Below, piece by piece: positions 23,374 through 32,436 of a stretch of DNA of 44,704 bases (position 1 is its first letter; each line of letters opens with the position of its first letter). The DNA comes from Tepidiformaceae bacterium (GTDB taxonomy: Bacteria > Chloroflexota > Dehalococcoidia > Tepidiformales > Tepidiformaceae): the NCBI GenBank assembly GCA_036515015.1, contig DATBWD010000247.1, forward strand, positions 1 to 44,704, in the 5' to 3' direction. The notes below the pieces were generated by a model, which was not told the origin of the DNA, searched no databases, and saw only the letters and a list, made by a program, of their open reading frames with translations. The position numbers and the translations under genes were made by a program.

Positions 23374-24362
23374 TCATCACCCGGACGCCGCTACGCGTGT
23401 CCTTCATCGGTGGCGGGACGGACCTGCCAGCCTGGTACGAGAACCATGGCGAGGGGCAGGTGTTCGGCGCCACCATCGGATTGTACGTCTACGTGATCGT
23501 CAGCCCCCACTGGAATCCGCACCGCTACCGGGTGGCCTACAGCCGCACCGAGGACGTCGACAACCTCGACTATGTGAGCCACGGGATCATCCGTAATGCT
23601 CTGCGCCGGGCTGGCCTGACCCTTGGGGGCGTGGAGATCCACACGATCGCCGACATCCCTGGCCAGGGATCTGGGCTTGGATCGAGTGCCGCCGTCGCCG
23701 TCGGGACGCTGAAGGCGCTATTCGACTATCAGAAGCGCTACCTGCACTTTCAGGACCTGGCGGCCATGGCGGCCGCCATCGAGATCGAGGACCTTCGAAC
23801 GGGTGCCGGCAAGCAGGACCACTACATCGCCGCCTACGGTGGGGTGAACCACTTCCGGTTCAGTAATGCCGATCCGCTCGTCAGCGGGGGGGGCGGCTAT
23901 GTCGACGAGAAGATCCGTGATCATTGGTCGAAATGGATGCCGCTGTTTTCCACGGGCATCCATCGCCACGCCGAGCCAATCCTCAAGGAGACCGGGAAGC
24001 GCATCAAGGCAGGTATGGCGACGGGCGCCCTGCAGCGCACGCTGGCCATGGTCGAGCCGATGAAGTTGGCGCTGCTCTCCGGCGAGATGGAGGCGGTTGG
24101 CGAGATGCTCGACAAGGCGTGGAAGCACAAGCAGGCAGCCAACCCTGATGCCATGCCGGCCGGTGCCGTCCAGATGTACCGGAGGGCACTCGAGGCCGGG
24201 GCGCTGGGTGGCAAGTTGTGCGGCGCCGGCGGCGGAGGCTACTTGCTGCTGGTGGTACCGCCCCGGAAGTGGCAGGCCGTGGCCGACGTTGTGGGCCAGC
24301 AGCCCGTGCGGGTGCCCTACGGGGTTGGCGGAAGCACCACCATCTTCGTGGAGCAGCGATGA
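23370..24362 (+). CDS. GHMP-family sugar kinase (heptose-7-phosphate / sugar-1-kinase-like, HddA-like)
   Basis: ATGA overlap. The N-terminus is RTPLRVSFIGGGTDLPAWY. GHMP motif II is PGQGSGLGSSAAVAVG. Also present are GKQDHY and the C-terminal GGKLCGAGGGGYLLLV. Confidence 0.8.
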   Translation: MIITRTPLRVSFIGGGTDLPAWYENHGEGQVFGATIGLYVYVIVSPHWNPHRYRVAYSRTEDVDNLDYVSHGIIRNALRRAGLTLGGVEIHTIADIPGQGSGLGSSAAVAVGTLKALFDYQKRYLHFQDLAAMAAAIEIEDLRTGAGKQDHYIAAYGGVNHFRFSNADPLVSGGGGYVDEKIRDHWSKWMPLFSTGIHRHAEPILKETGKRIKAGMATGALQRTLAMVEPMKLALLSGEMEAVGEMLDKAWKHKQAANPDAMPAGAVQMYRRALEAGALGGKLCGAGGGGYLLLVVPPRKWQAVADVVGQQPVRVPYGVGGSTTIFVEQR

Positions 24363-25012
24363 CCGCCTGGCCGACCATCGGGGTCGCCCTGCTGACTTAC
24401 CGTCGCACCGACCTCGCTCTGCGGACTGTGCGGGCCATGATCGGCAACCTCGTCTATCAGGGGCCGCTGGTCTGGTATATCGCCGACGACGGATCGGAAG
24501 ATCAGCACATGAGGGCATTGCTCGAGGTGCTGGGCGGGCATCTGATCGGCTTCCACAGCGAGCGTGTGGGACCGGGGCCGTCCTGGAATCGGGCGGTGGA
24601 GGCAGTCATGAATGCGACGCCCTTCGTCCTATGGCTCGAGGACGATTGGGAGTTGCGGCGCCCGCTGAATATCGAGCCATACGTTGACCTGCTGATGAAC
24701 AACGGCCAGGTGGGGATGGTGCGGACGGGAGGCCTGCCCATCGGCCTGCTGGCGGAGAGCGTGGGCTACGGCGGCGTCCACTACCTGAACATCCTGAAGG
24801 ACCGCCAGTACTGCTACTCGGGCAATCCAAGCCTGCGGCACTCTCGTCACTTTGCCGCCTATGGGGGCTACCCGACCGACCAGCGCCCGGCCGGCGAGTG
24901 CGAGGTGTTCCACGACCACTTCGTCCGCACCCGGCCTGGACCAGAGGTCTGGTGGCCTGTCGACATCGGGGGCTGGGGGATCTTCGGCCACATCGGGACC
25001 GAGAAGGCATAG
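24359..25012 (+). CDS. GT-A fold (family 2-like) glycosyltransferase
   Basis: ATGA overlap, in frame with track ORF 24218..25012. Contains IGVALLTYRRTDL...YIADDGSED and LEDDWEL (DxD-like). Confidence 0.65.
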   Translation: MTAWPTIGVALLTYRRTDLALRTVRAMIGNLVYQGPLVWYIADDGSEDQHMRALLEVLGGHLIGFHSERVGPGPSWNRAVEAVMNATPFVLWLEDDWELRRPLNIEPYVDLLMNNGQVGMVRTGGLPIGLLAESVGYGGVHYLNILKDRQYCYSGNPSLRHSRHFAAYGGYPTDQRPAGECEVFHDHFVRTRPGPEVWWPVDIGGWGIFGHIGTEKA

Positions 25013-25020
25013 GAGGCATC

Positions 25021-25185
25021 ATGTCGAACGAACTCGCCGCGCTGATCATGGGACTGCTGATCGCCGGGCTGGGCTACGTTCTGGGCCGGCAGGTAGGCTG
25101 GGCAGCCCATCGGCGGGCTGAGCAAGACGAGCGAGACCAAGCCAGCGCCAACATTGACCGGGCCATCCGTGAGTGGTTCGGATGA
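25021..25185 (+). CDS. 54-aa membrane protein
   Basis: The ATG follows TAGGAGG. The TM segment is LAALIMGLLIAGLGYVLG, followed by a charged helix. Below the track threshold when counted from this start. Confidence 0.55.
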   Translation: MSNELAALIMGLLIAGLGYVLGRQVGWAAHRRAEQDERDQASANIDRAIREWFG

Positions 25186-26084
25186 ACATCCTGCTGACGG
25201 GAGCGAGGGGATTCATCGGCCGGCATACCATGGCGGACCTGCTGGCCGCCGGCCACACGGTCCGGCCGCTGGACCGGAAGCCAGATCCCGACATGCCCGG
25301 CGGCGGCATCTGGTACGACCTACGGGATGCGGACCGGCTCGGGCTGGCCTTCGAAGGCCGACGTTACGATGCGGTGATCCACCTAGCCGCCAGCGCCAGC
25401 CTGCAGCACAGCATCGACGATCCGGCCGACGATGCCGAGCACAACATCCTCGGGACGATCAACTTGCTGGAGGCCTGCAAGCGACACGGCATGGGGCGCT
25501 TCGTGTTCGCCTCGACATCGGCCGTCTATTCCCCCTATGGGGATCTCCCCTACCAGGAGGACGACCCGAAAGGGCCGCAGAGCGCCTACGGGGTCAGCAA
25601 ACTGGCTGGCGAGGACTACGTCCGGCTGGCTGCCGTATCGGGCCGAGGCATGAGCATAGCCATCCTGCGGTACGGGAACGTCTACGGGCCAGGGCAGAAG
25701 GCTGTCGGGGAGAATGCGTTGGTGGCCCGGGCGCTGGATCACATCTACTTCGGGACGCCCTTCGTCATCAACGGCGACGGCGATCAGACGCGGGACTGGA
25801 TTCACGTGCGGGACGTGGCTCGAGCAAACCGACTGGCGGCTGAGCGGCAGGTTCCGATCGTGGCCAACATCGCCACCGGCGAAGGCAAGTCGGTGAATTG
25901 GGCCCTTGGCGTGCTGGCGGCCGCCGCCGGCTGGCAGGACATTTTCAAGACGCACGGGCCGGCGAAGCCAGGCGAACTCCGGGACGTGCGATTACACTGC
26001 GCGCAGGCGAGCATCGGACTTGGCTTCGTGGCAGAGATCCCGGCGGCAGAGGGCTTGACGGATACGGCTGTCGCATGGGCCTGA
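25182..26084 (+). CDS. NAD-dependent sugar epimerase/dehydratase (extended SDR)
   Basis: ATGA overlap. Contains the Rossmann motif LLTGARGFIGRH and the catalytic YGVSK (YxxxK). Confidence 0.85.
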   Translation: MNILLTGARGFIGRHTMADLLAAGHTVRPLDRKPDPDMPGGGIWYDLRDADRLGLAFEGRRYDAVIHLAASASLQHSIDDPADDAEHNILGTINLLEACKRHGMGRFVFASTSAVYSPYGDLPYQEDDPKGPQSAYGVSKLAGEDYVRLAAVSGRGMSIAILRYGNVYGPGQKAVGENALVARALDHIYFGTPFVINGDGDQTRDWIHVRDVARANRLAAERQVPIVANIATGEGKSVNWALGVLAAAAGWQDIFKTHGPAKPGELRDVRLHCAQASIGLGFVAEIPAAEGLTDTAVAWA

Positions 26085-29062
26085 AACTAGCCATCGTCCC
26101 GTGGTTCAACCACCCGGACCGGGGGGACGGCGGCATCCGGCGCGTGGTCGAGGCGCAGGTTCGGTACCTGCGGGACTACGACGTCGAGCCGATCGAGAAC
26201 GCCGACGAGGCCGATGTGCTCATGTGCCACGGCACGTCGCTGGTTACCCGCCCAGGAAAGCCCGTGGTCAATTGCAACCACGGGCTGTACTGGAGCCGTT
26301 ACGATTGGCCCCTGTGGGGCGAGGAAACCAACGCCCTGGTCATCGATGCCATGGCGAACGCCCAGGCACATACGGTGCCCAGCCGATGGGTTGGGGACGC
26401 CGTGCGTCGGGGCATGCTCGTGTACCCCGAGGTGATCTATCACGGGGTCGAGTACGACGAATGGCAGGGTGAGCCGGGCAAGCACGGCGGCTACGTTCTG
26501 TGGAACAAGGCCCGGACGGATGCGGTGTCGGACCCGGCCGATATGAATCAGGTGGCGGCGATGCTACCGAAGCGGTGGTTCGTGTCCACCTTCGGCAACC
26601 CGGCGCGCAACGTCCGGCTGGTCGGCAAGCAGGCCCACAGCGTGATCAAGCCGCTGGTGGTGGAGGCGGGGGTCTATCTGGCGACCACCCGCGAGACCTT
26701 CGGGATCGGGACGCTCGAGGCGATGGCTGCCGGCGTTCCAATCGCCGGATGGGCCTGGGGCGGGCAACTCGAGATTGTCCGTCAGGGCCAGACGGGATAC
26801 CTAGCCCCGCCCGGCGATCACCGGGCGCTCGCAGACGCCATCGAGGCGTGCATCGCAGAGCGGACGCGCCTGTCGGCGAATTGCAAGGATGACGTTCAGG
26901 AGCGATGGCTCTGGCCAGACAAGATCCGCCAGTACGCCATGCTGATCCACCGGGTCCACGAGGCCTATCACCGGCCCGGCCCCCGGGTGTCGGTGATCAT
27001 CACCTGCCACAACCTGGCCCGGTTTGTGGGCGAGGCCATCCGCTCAGTCCAGTCTCAGTCCTTCGAGGATTGGGAGTGCATCGTCGTCGACGACGCCAGC
27101 ACGGACCCGACCAAGGAAGTGGTGGAGATCCACTGCGCGGACCCCCGCGTCCACTATTTGCCGACGCCGGCAAACTTGGGCCTGTCGGCTGCCCGCAACT
27201 TCGGCTACCGGGCCAGCCGGGGGCGGTATGTGGTGTTCCTCGATGCCGACGACATGATGGCGGACAACGCCTTGGCCATCCAGGTGGAGGCGCTTGACAC
27301 TCGTCCCGGCATGCACATCGTGACGGGTGGGCTGGAGATCGTCGATGATGGGGGCAAGAACCGGCACCGGAACGACTGGCCATCCGGCGCCTACAACTGG
27401 TTCGGTCAGATGGCCCACATGAACCAGATTCACTACTCGAGCATGATGCGCCGGGAAGTGATGGAGCGCTCCGGCGGCTACCGGGTGCGGGACTGGCGGG
27501 CCGAGGACGCAGCCCTGTGGTGCCGGGTGACGTCGCTGGGCTTCCGGGCCGTCCGGGTGACCGATGCGCCCACCCTGATCTACCGGGACCGAAGCGACTC
27601 CAAGTCTAAGGGCGAGCCGGGGGACGGGCCTTGGACCGAGGCGTTCGGCTGGGCGCTGGCCTACAAGTTCGACCGCACCCTGTCGGTCGCTGCGGCCCGC
27701 GGGCACCATCCTAACCCGGATGTTGTTCCGTTCGGGGCGCAGGGGTCGCCCGCCCCCCACAAGGCGTGGCCGGTGCATGATTACGCCAACCCATTCGTGT
27801 CGGTGATCATCCCGGTGGGACCGGGCCATGAGCGGTACGTCATCGACGCTCTGGACTCGCTACTGGCCCAGCGCTTCGTGAATTGGGAGGCCATCGTCGT
27901 CAACGACACGGGCCGGCTTTGGGCGCAGGGCTTCGACAGCCCGCTGGCCGGCGCGCCGTTTGCCCGGATCATTACAGCCAGCCAGCACCTAGGACCGTCC
28001 GGTGCCCGAAACTTGGGGGGGAAGTACGCCCGGGGGGAGGCGCTGCTCTGGCTGGACGCCGACGACTATCTGATGCCGTTGGCCCTCGACAAGATGGTGG
28101 CGGCCTACGTCGAGAGTGGCCGGGTGATCTACACCGACGTCTACCAGCGGTTCGCTGACGACAGGAAGCCCATGGAGCCTTACGTCACCGAGGACTTCGT
28201 GTGCGGGGCGGTACTCAAGCGCATGCAGCACACCTCGCAGGTGTTGGTGCCTCGGGCGGTCCATGAAAAGATAGGAGGCTTTGACACCACGGCACCGGGG
28301 TGGGAAGATTGGGACTACCTCATCGCCCTACAGCATCAGGGGCTATGCTCTCTCCGCATCCCTGAGCCGCTGTTCGTCTACCGCAAGGAGAGCGGGCAGG
28401 TCCGGGAGAAGGCGTGGGCCAGCCGGGAGCAGAACGTCAAGTGGATTCGCAACAAATGGTTGCCCTACTACGAAGGGAGGATGGAGATGCCTTGTAGCAA
28501 GTGTCCTCAGCCGGCCGACGGAGCGCGGAAGCCCCAACAGGTGTTGTCCGCGGCTTCGGGCGGCGGATCATCGGGCGCGTCGACAGACGCGGTGCTCATG
28601 GCCTATCAAGGGCCGGGGCCGAAACGTATGGCTATGCGAGGGAAAGTCACCGGGACGGTCTACCCCTTCAAGCAGGGCGAGTTCCGGTACGTCGATGCCC
28701 GCGACGCTACTGACTTCCTAGGGCGCGTGCGGGGGGACGGATCGCATGATTTCCTGCTGAAGCCGAAGCCCGTCCTGCCCAGCGTGCCGCCGCCAGCCGA
28801 AATGACAGTGGCTGGCCCGCCGCTTCCTCTGCCCGTGATGGGCGTCGACATGGCGGTCGGTGAGGACCATGGAGGAATAGCGGAGATCCACGTGAGGATC
28901 TCAGACCTCGACGAGGCTGGAGCGAAGGCGCTTGCCCGGACGGCCAACCCGGAGGACTACGAGGCGCTGATCGCCGAAGAGGAATCGGGCAAGCATCGGC
29001 CGAAGGTCCTCAATTCGCTCAAGTACTGGCAGAGGATGCGGGGCGAGAGGGCGACGGCTTGA
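26075..29062 (+). CDS. three-module glycosyltransferase (GT4-like GT-B + GT2 + GT2) with unassigned C-terminal region
   Basis: ATG 26075 overlaps the epimerase end by 10 nt, in frame with track ORF 25898..29062. The GT-B E-x7-E region is ETFGIGTLEAMAAGVPIAG...QGQTGYL. GT2 module 1 is VSVIITCHN...VVDDASTD...LDADD. GT2 module 2 is VSVIIPVGPG...VVNDTG...LDADD. The last 200 aa or so have no motif I recognise. Confidence 0.8.
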   Translation: MGLKLAIVPWFNHPDRGDGGIRRVVEAQVRYLRDYDVEPIENADEADVLMCHGTSLVTRPGKPVVNCNHGLYWSRYDWPLWGEETNALVIDAMANAQAHTVPSRWVGDAVRRGMLVYPEVIYHGVEYDEWQGEPGKHGGYVLWNKARTDAVSDPADMNQVAAMLPKRWFVSTFGNPARNVRLVGKQAHSVIKPLVVEAGVYLATTRETFGIGTLEAMAAGVPIAGWAWGGQLEIVRQGQTGYLAPPGDHRALADAIEACIAERTRLSANCKDDVQERWLWPDKIRQYAMLIHRVHEAYHRPGPRVSVIITCHNLARFVGEAIRSVQSQSFEDWECIVVDDASTDPTKEVVEIHCADPRVHYLPTPANLGLSAARNFGYRASRGRYVVFLDADDMMADNALAIQVEALDTRPGMHIVTGGLEIVDDGGKNRHRNDWPSGAYNWFGQMAHMNQIHYSSMMRREVMERSGGYRVRDWRAEDAALWCRVTSLGFRAVRVTDAPTLIYRDRSDSKSKGEPGDGPWTEAFGWALAYKFDRTLSVAAARGHHPNPDVVPFGAQGSPAPHKAWPVHDYANPFVSVIIPVGPGHERYVIDALDSLLAQRFVNWEAIVVNDTGRLWAQGFDSPLAGAPFARIITASQHLGPSGARNLGGKYARGEALLWLDADDYLMPLALDKMVAAYVESGRVIYTDVYQRFADDRKPMEPYVTEDFVCGAVLKRMQHTSQVLVPRAVHEKIGGFDTTAPGWEDWDYLIALQHQGLCSLRIPEPLFVYRKESGQVREKAWASREQNVKWIRNKWLPYYEGRMEMPCSKCPQPADGARKPQQVLSAASGGGSSGASTDAVLMAYQGPGPKRMAMRGKVTGTVYPFKQGEFRYVDARDATDFLGRVRGDGSHDFLLKPKPVLPSVPPPAEMTVAGPPLPLPVMGVDMAVGEDHGGIAEIHVRISDLDEAGAKALARTANPEDYEALIAEEESGKHRPKVLNSLKYWQRMRGERATA

Positions 29063-29391
29063 TGCTTGCGCTAACCCCCATCTCTCTGCTACTGTTGGTG
29101 TTGGCGACATGGCGCCTCTCGGCGATGATTGCTTACGAGGTTGGACCGTGGCGCTTGTTCGTTCGACTGCGGCGACTCGTGGGTATTGAACCCGATGACG
29201 CAGGCCGGCCCGCCGCATGGAATCCAGACGCTTTCCTGGCCGGCCTGTTCGTGTGTCTCTGGTGCGTGTCGGTGTGGGTCGGGCCTGCGCTAATGGTGAT
29301 GGTGGTAGTGTGGCCGCCAGCGCAGTGGTTGCTGACGCCACTGGCATTGAGTGCGGGAGCGATCCTAGTTGAGCGGCTCGCGCGGGGCTGA
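29062..29391 (+). CDS. DUF1360-like integral membrane protein
   Basis: TGATG overlap (alternative start TTG 29059). It has three hydrophobic segments, and ATWRLSAMI...LFVCLWCVSVW resembles the DUF1360 signature (memory-based). Confidence 0.6.
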   Translation: MLALTPISLLLLVLATWRLSAMIAYEVGPWRLFVRLRRLVGIEPDDAGRPAAWNPDAFLAGLFVCLWCVSVWVGPALMVMVVVWPPAQWLLTPLALSAGAILVERLARG

Positions 29392-29403
29392 TAGGAGAGC
29401 AGG

Positions 29404-30612
29404 ATGAGCAGGGCGATCATCCGCACGTGGCTTCCTCTCGACCGATGGCGTGAATACTTTGGGATCAACCCATTGCACTTCGCCCAAGCGTTCTCGGCCA
29501 AGTTCCCCGGCCAGGACTGCGGCGACGTGTGGTTCCAATACGCGTGGCAGCACAGCAATCAGGTGGGGCGCCACGAGTTGGCATCGGCGATCCACTCCGC
29601 CGAAAAGGCCATCGCTGACCAGGTCAAATACAACCTGATCCCCGACTGGACGGCGGCGGAGAAGGTGAAACTCCCTCGGCCAGCCCGTCGAGAGGTGTAC
29701 TTTGCCGACGTCGGCAACATTCGCGGGCAGGCCCGCAGTCTCGAGGTGCAGCGGGGCCACCTGATCGCCCCCGGATACCGAGTGAAACAGACGATCACCA
29801 CCGGGCTGGCATTCGCCCGGGCCGACAATGACGGCGACAGTTACGATGAGGACTGTCTCGCCACATTCGCCACCGCCGTCACCGACCCGTGCGAGATCCG
29901 CATCTACTATCCGGGGCACGAGGGCGAGGACGAGTGGGAGATCCGGCCAGCCACGGTCGAGATCGCCGCCGGGATAGCCAGCGTGTCATTCAAGGCATGG
30001 CTGGCCATCGACCCGGATCTGCAGGAGGGGCTGGCGCCTGGGCCGATCGACGGCGACGTCAGCACCAACTACATCACGACGGTCGACGTCTACCGGGTCT
30101 ACACCGACCCCTCGACGGAAGGCCAGATGGTGTGGGAAGGATCGCCCGGCTCTTGCGGCGCATGCGTCGCCTGCAGTGTCGGGCTACAGGATGCCTGCGT
30201 CGGCTTTCGGGACGAGGAGATGGGCTACGTTACGCTGACGCCGGCCACATACGCCGACGGCGAATGGACGCCAACGGCGCTGGCGACATGCCGCGCGCCG
30301 GACCGAGCGCGGCTATACTACCTGTCGGGCTGGCAGGCCCAGGACGTGGCCTGCTCGATGAAGGACATGGACCGCTACTGGCTCGAGGCGGTGGCTCGGT
30401 ATGCGGCGGCGCTACTTGATAGGCCGGTGTGTTCGTGCAATAATACCGAGAACTTCATCAAGGAGCAGCAGAGGGACATCGCTGCCGTGAGGACGGGGAT
30501 CATCTTCCAGGTGTCGAACGACTCGCAGGTGGCAAATCCGTTCGGGACTTGGGTCGGCGCGCTCTTCGCGTGGATGCGTGTGAACGGCAAGGGAAGGGCG
30601 CTACCGAAGTGA
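29404..30612 (+). CDS. hypothetical virion protein (head-tail joining region by position)
   Basis: The ATG follows AGGAGAGCAGG. 402 aa, with no recognised motif. Confidence 0.6.
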   Translation: MSRAIIRTWLPLDRWREYFGINPLHFAQAFSAKFPGQDCGDVWFQYAWQHSNQVGRHELASAIHSAEKAIADQVKYNLIPDWTAAEKVKLPRPARREVYFADVGNIRGQARSLEVQRGHLIAPGYRVKQTITTGLAFARADNDGDSYDEDCLATFATAVTDPCEIRIYYPGHEGEDEWEIRPATVEIAAGIASVSFKAWLAIDPDLQEGLAPGPIDGDVSTNYITTVDVYRVYTDPSTEGQMVWEGSPGSCGACVACSVGLQDACVGFRDEEMGYVTLTPATYADGEWTPTALATCRAPDRARLYYLSGWQAQDVACSMKDMDRYWLEAVARYAAALLDRPVCSCNNTENFIKEQQRDIAAVRTGIIFQVSNDSQVANPFGTWVGALFAWMRVNGKGRALPK

Positions 30613-30914
30613 GAGAGGTGGACTATCAGGATGAGAGGGGACGCAAATACCGTGTGCGCCTGCCTGACGAAGCCAGCGATGATGAGGCTGCCGACGGAGT
30701 GCCCGTCGGCCCGGTCGAGGTAGCCGATGCGCTCGGCCTACCGGAGCCGGTGGCGACCCGCCTCCACAACGAACTCCACAGACGGGGCCTGTGGAATCTG
30801 CGTGAGGTGAAGCGGAGGCCCGACGCGCTCCTCGGGGCGCTACAGGCCACATTGAACGTGGACGTGCAAGTGCTTCTGAAAGCATTCTCCGACTACGAGA
30901 GCCAAGCCGTTTAG
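30609..30914 (+). CDS. hypothetical protein
   Basis: GTGA overlap, in frame with track ORF 30549..30914. Confidence 0.55.
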   Translation: MREVDYQDERGRKYRVRLPDEASDDEAADGVPVGPVEVADALGLPEPVATRLHNELHRRGLWNLREVKRRPDALLGALQATLNVDVQVLLKAFSDYESQAV

Positions 30915-30923
30915 GAGGCCCCA

Positions 30924-32423
30924 ATGGGAAACGAGATCACCGTCGCTGGCGAGAGCCGAGTGTGGCTGGCCGAATTCGGTGCCGGACCTGGGCACGCATT
31001 CGTGTATCAGGGGTGCATGAAGATCGGCGACACTTCCTGGCCGCAGGGCGACATCACCCGGATCGAATGTCCCTCGCCGGACCGGCGCAACGAGTTCGTC
31101 GAGGTAGCGGCCGTGCAGGGGGCGCAGGAACGTGTGAGCACGGAGTTGATGGGGCGCTACCCGCGCGACATCAGCACCCTGCTCGAACTGACCCGGCGCC
31201 GATGCCGCTTCGACATTCAGGTCCACGTCGGCCGCTGCAAGAGCCCGCAGGACTACCTCGGCGGCTGGGACAAGATCAAGGTCTACCGCGAGGCAACGGT
31301 CACGGAGTGGTCCGACGAGAACGCCGGTGCGATCGAGTCGGGTGAGCAGAACCCGACGAACGAGACCGGGGCCATCAGCGCCAAGGACCTCTACGAGATC
31401 GTCCCGATCGCCTTCGCCGAGAAGGCCAAGACGGAGGTCGTGCGGGAGGTCGTGGCCGCTGTGATCTGCGACTCGGCGTCCTGTGGCGACTGCGAGAACC
31501 CGTCGAAGGGCTGCGAGAAGGCGTTCTTCCTGATGGGCGGCACGGGGGCGACTCCGGGCACCAAGCCGGCCGTGGTGTTCACGGGCGACGGCGGGGTGAC
31601 GTGGGGCGTGTCCTACGTCGACAGCATGTTCTCGGACGAGACCCCGACTGGCCTTGCCTGTGTGGGCGGCTACCTCGTGGCGATCTCTGAGACGACCACC
31701 GGCCTGCACTACGCCTCCATCGACGAGATCTTGGCCGGCACCGAGACCTGGGTCGAGATGACCACAGGCTTCGTCGGGGCGATCGAGCCGTTCGCCATCG
31801 CCAGCGCCGGCGCTCGGGCGACGTGGATCGTCGGTGAGGACGGCTACATCTTCTTCGTCCTCGACCCGACCGTGTCGGCCGAGGTGCAGGACGAGGGCGT
31901 GGCGACCAGCCAGGACCTCGCCGACATCGCCGCTCTGGACGGCCGCAACGTGGTGGCCGTGGGCGCCAGCAATGCCGTGGTGTTCACGGACAACGGCGGA
32001 GTGACATGGCAGTCGGTGACTGGCCCGTCAGTGGGCGTGAATCTGACTGCAGTTGTCATGCTCGGGGCCTCGCTCTGGCTGGTGGGCAACGCCAATGGGG
32101 CGCTGTACTTCACCGAGAACGCCGGCGTGTCCTGGACCCAGATCAGCCTGCCCGGCACGCCTACGGTCATCCGCGACATCAAGTTCGTCGACGACGTCGT
32201 CGGCTACCTAGCCTTCGACGCGGCTGGCCCGGCCGGGCGCATTGCCCGGACCGTCGACGGGGGAGCGACCTGGTACATCCTCCCCGAGAAAGCAGTCTCG
32301 GGTGTCATCCCGGCCAACGACCGGATCAACGAGATCGCCGTGTGCCGGGACAACGTCAATCTGATCTTCGCTGGCGGCCTGTCCGACCTGTCGACAGACG
32401 GGATCATCATCAAGGCCGCGTAG
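30924..32423 (+). CDS. putative major tail (tube) protein fused to an Asp-box (BNR) propeller-like domain
   Basis: The ATG follows TAGGAGG. It lies immediately upstream of the chaperone/tape-measure pair. The C-terminal two-thirds carry four Asp-box-like motifs: TGDGGVTW, TDNGGVTW, TENAGVSW, TVDGGATW. Confidence 0.55.
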   Translation: MGNEITVAGESRVWLAEFGAGPGHAFVYQGCMKIGDTSWPQGDITRIECPSPDRRNEFVEVAAVQGAQERVSTELMGRYPRDISTLLELTRRRCRFDIQVHVGRCKSPQDYLGGWDKIKVYREATVTEWSDENAGAIESGEQNPTNETGAISAKDLYEIVPIAFAEKAKTEVVREVVAAVICDSASCGDCENPSKGCEKAFFLMGGTGATPGTKPAVVFTGDGGVTWGVSYVDSMFSDETPTGLACVGGYLVAISETTTGLHYASIDEILAGTETWVEMTTGFVGAIEPFAIASAGARATWIVGEDGYIFFVLDPTVSAEVQDEGVATSQDLADIAALDGRNVVAVGASNAVVFTDNGGVTWQSVTGPSVGVNLTAVVMLGASLWLVGNANGALYFTENAGVSWTQISLPGTPTVIRDIKFVDDVVGYLAFDAAGPAGRIARTVDGGATWYILPEKAVSGVIPANDRINEIAVCRDNVNLIFAGGLSDLSTDGIIIKAA

Positions 32424-32436
32424 ACGGGAGCCAACC

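Noticed and set aside
25898-26074. The N-terminal extension of the giant glycosyltransferase ORF, and similar extensions at 1235..1507, 2522..2656, 4470..4559, 5621..5803 and 24218..24358.
   Set aside because: These extensions overlap the 3' ends of upstream genes that carry real motifs, and they read as low complexity. Internal starts that form ATGA/GTGA/short overlaps, or that follow SDs, are better supported.
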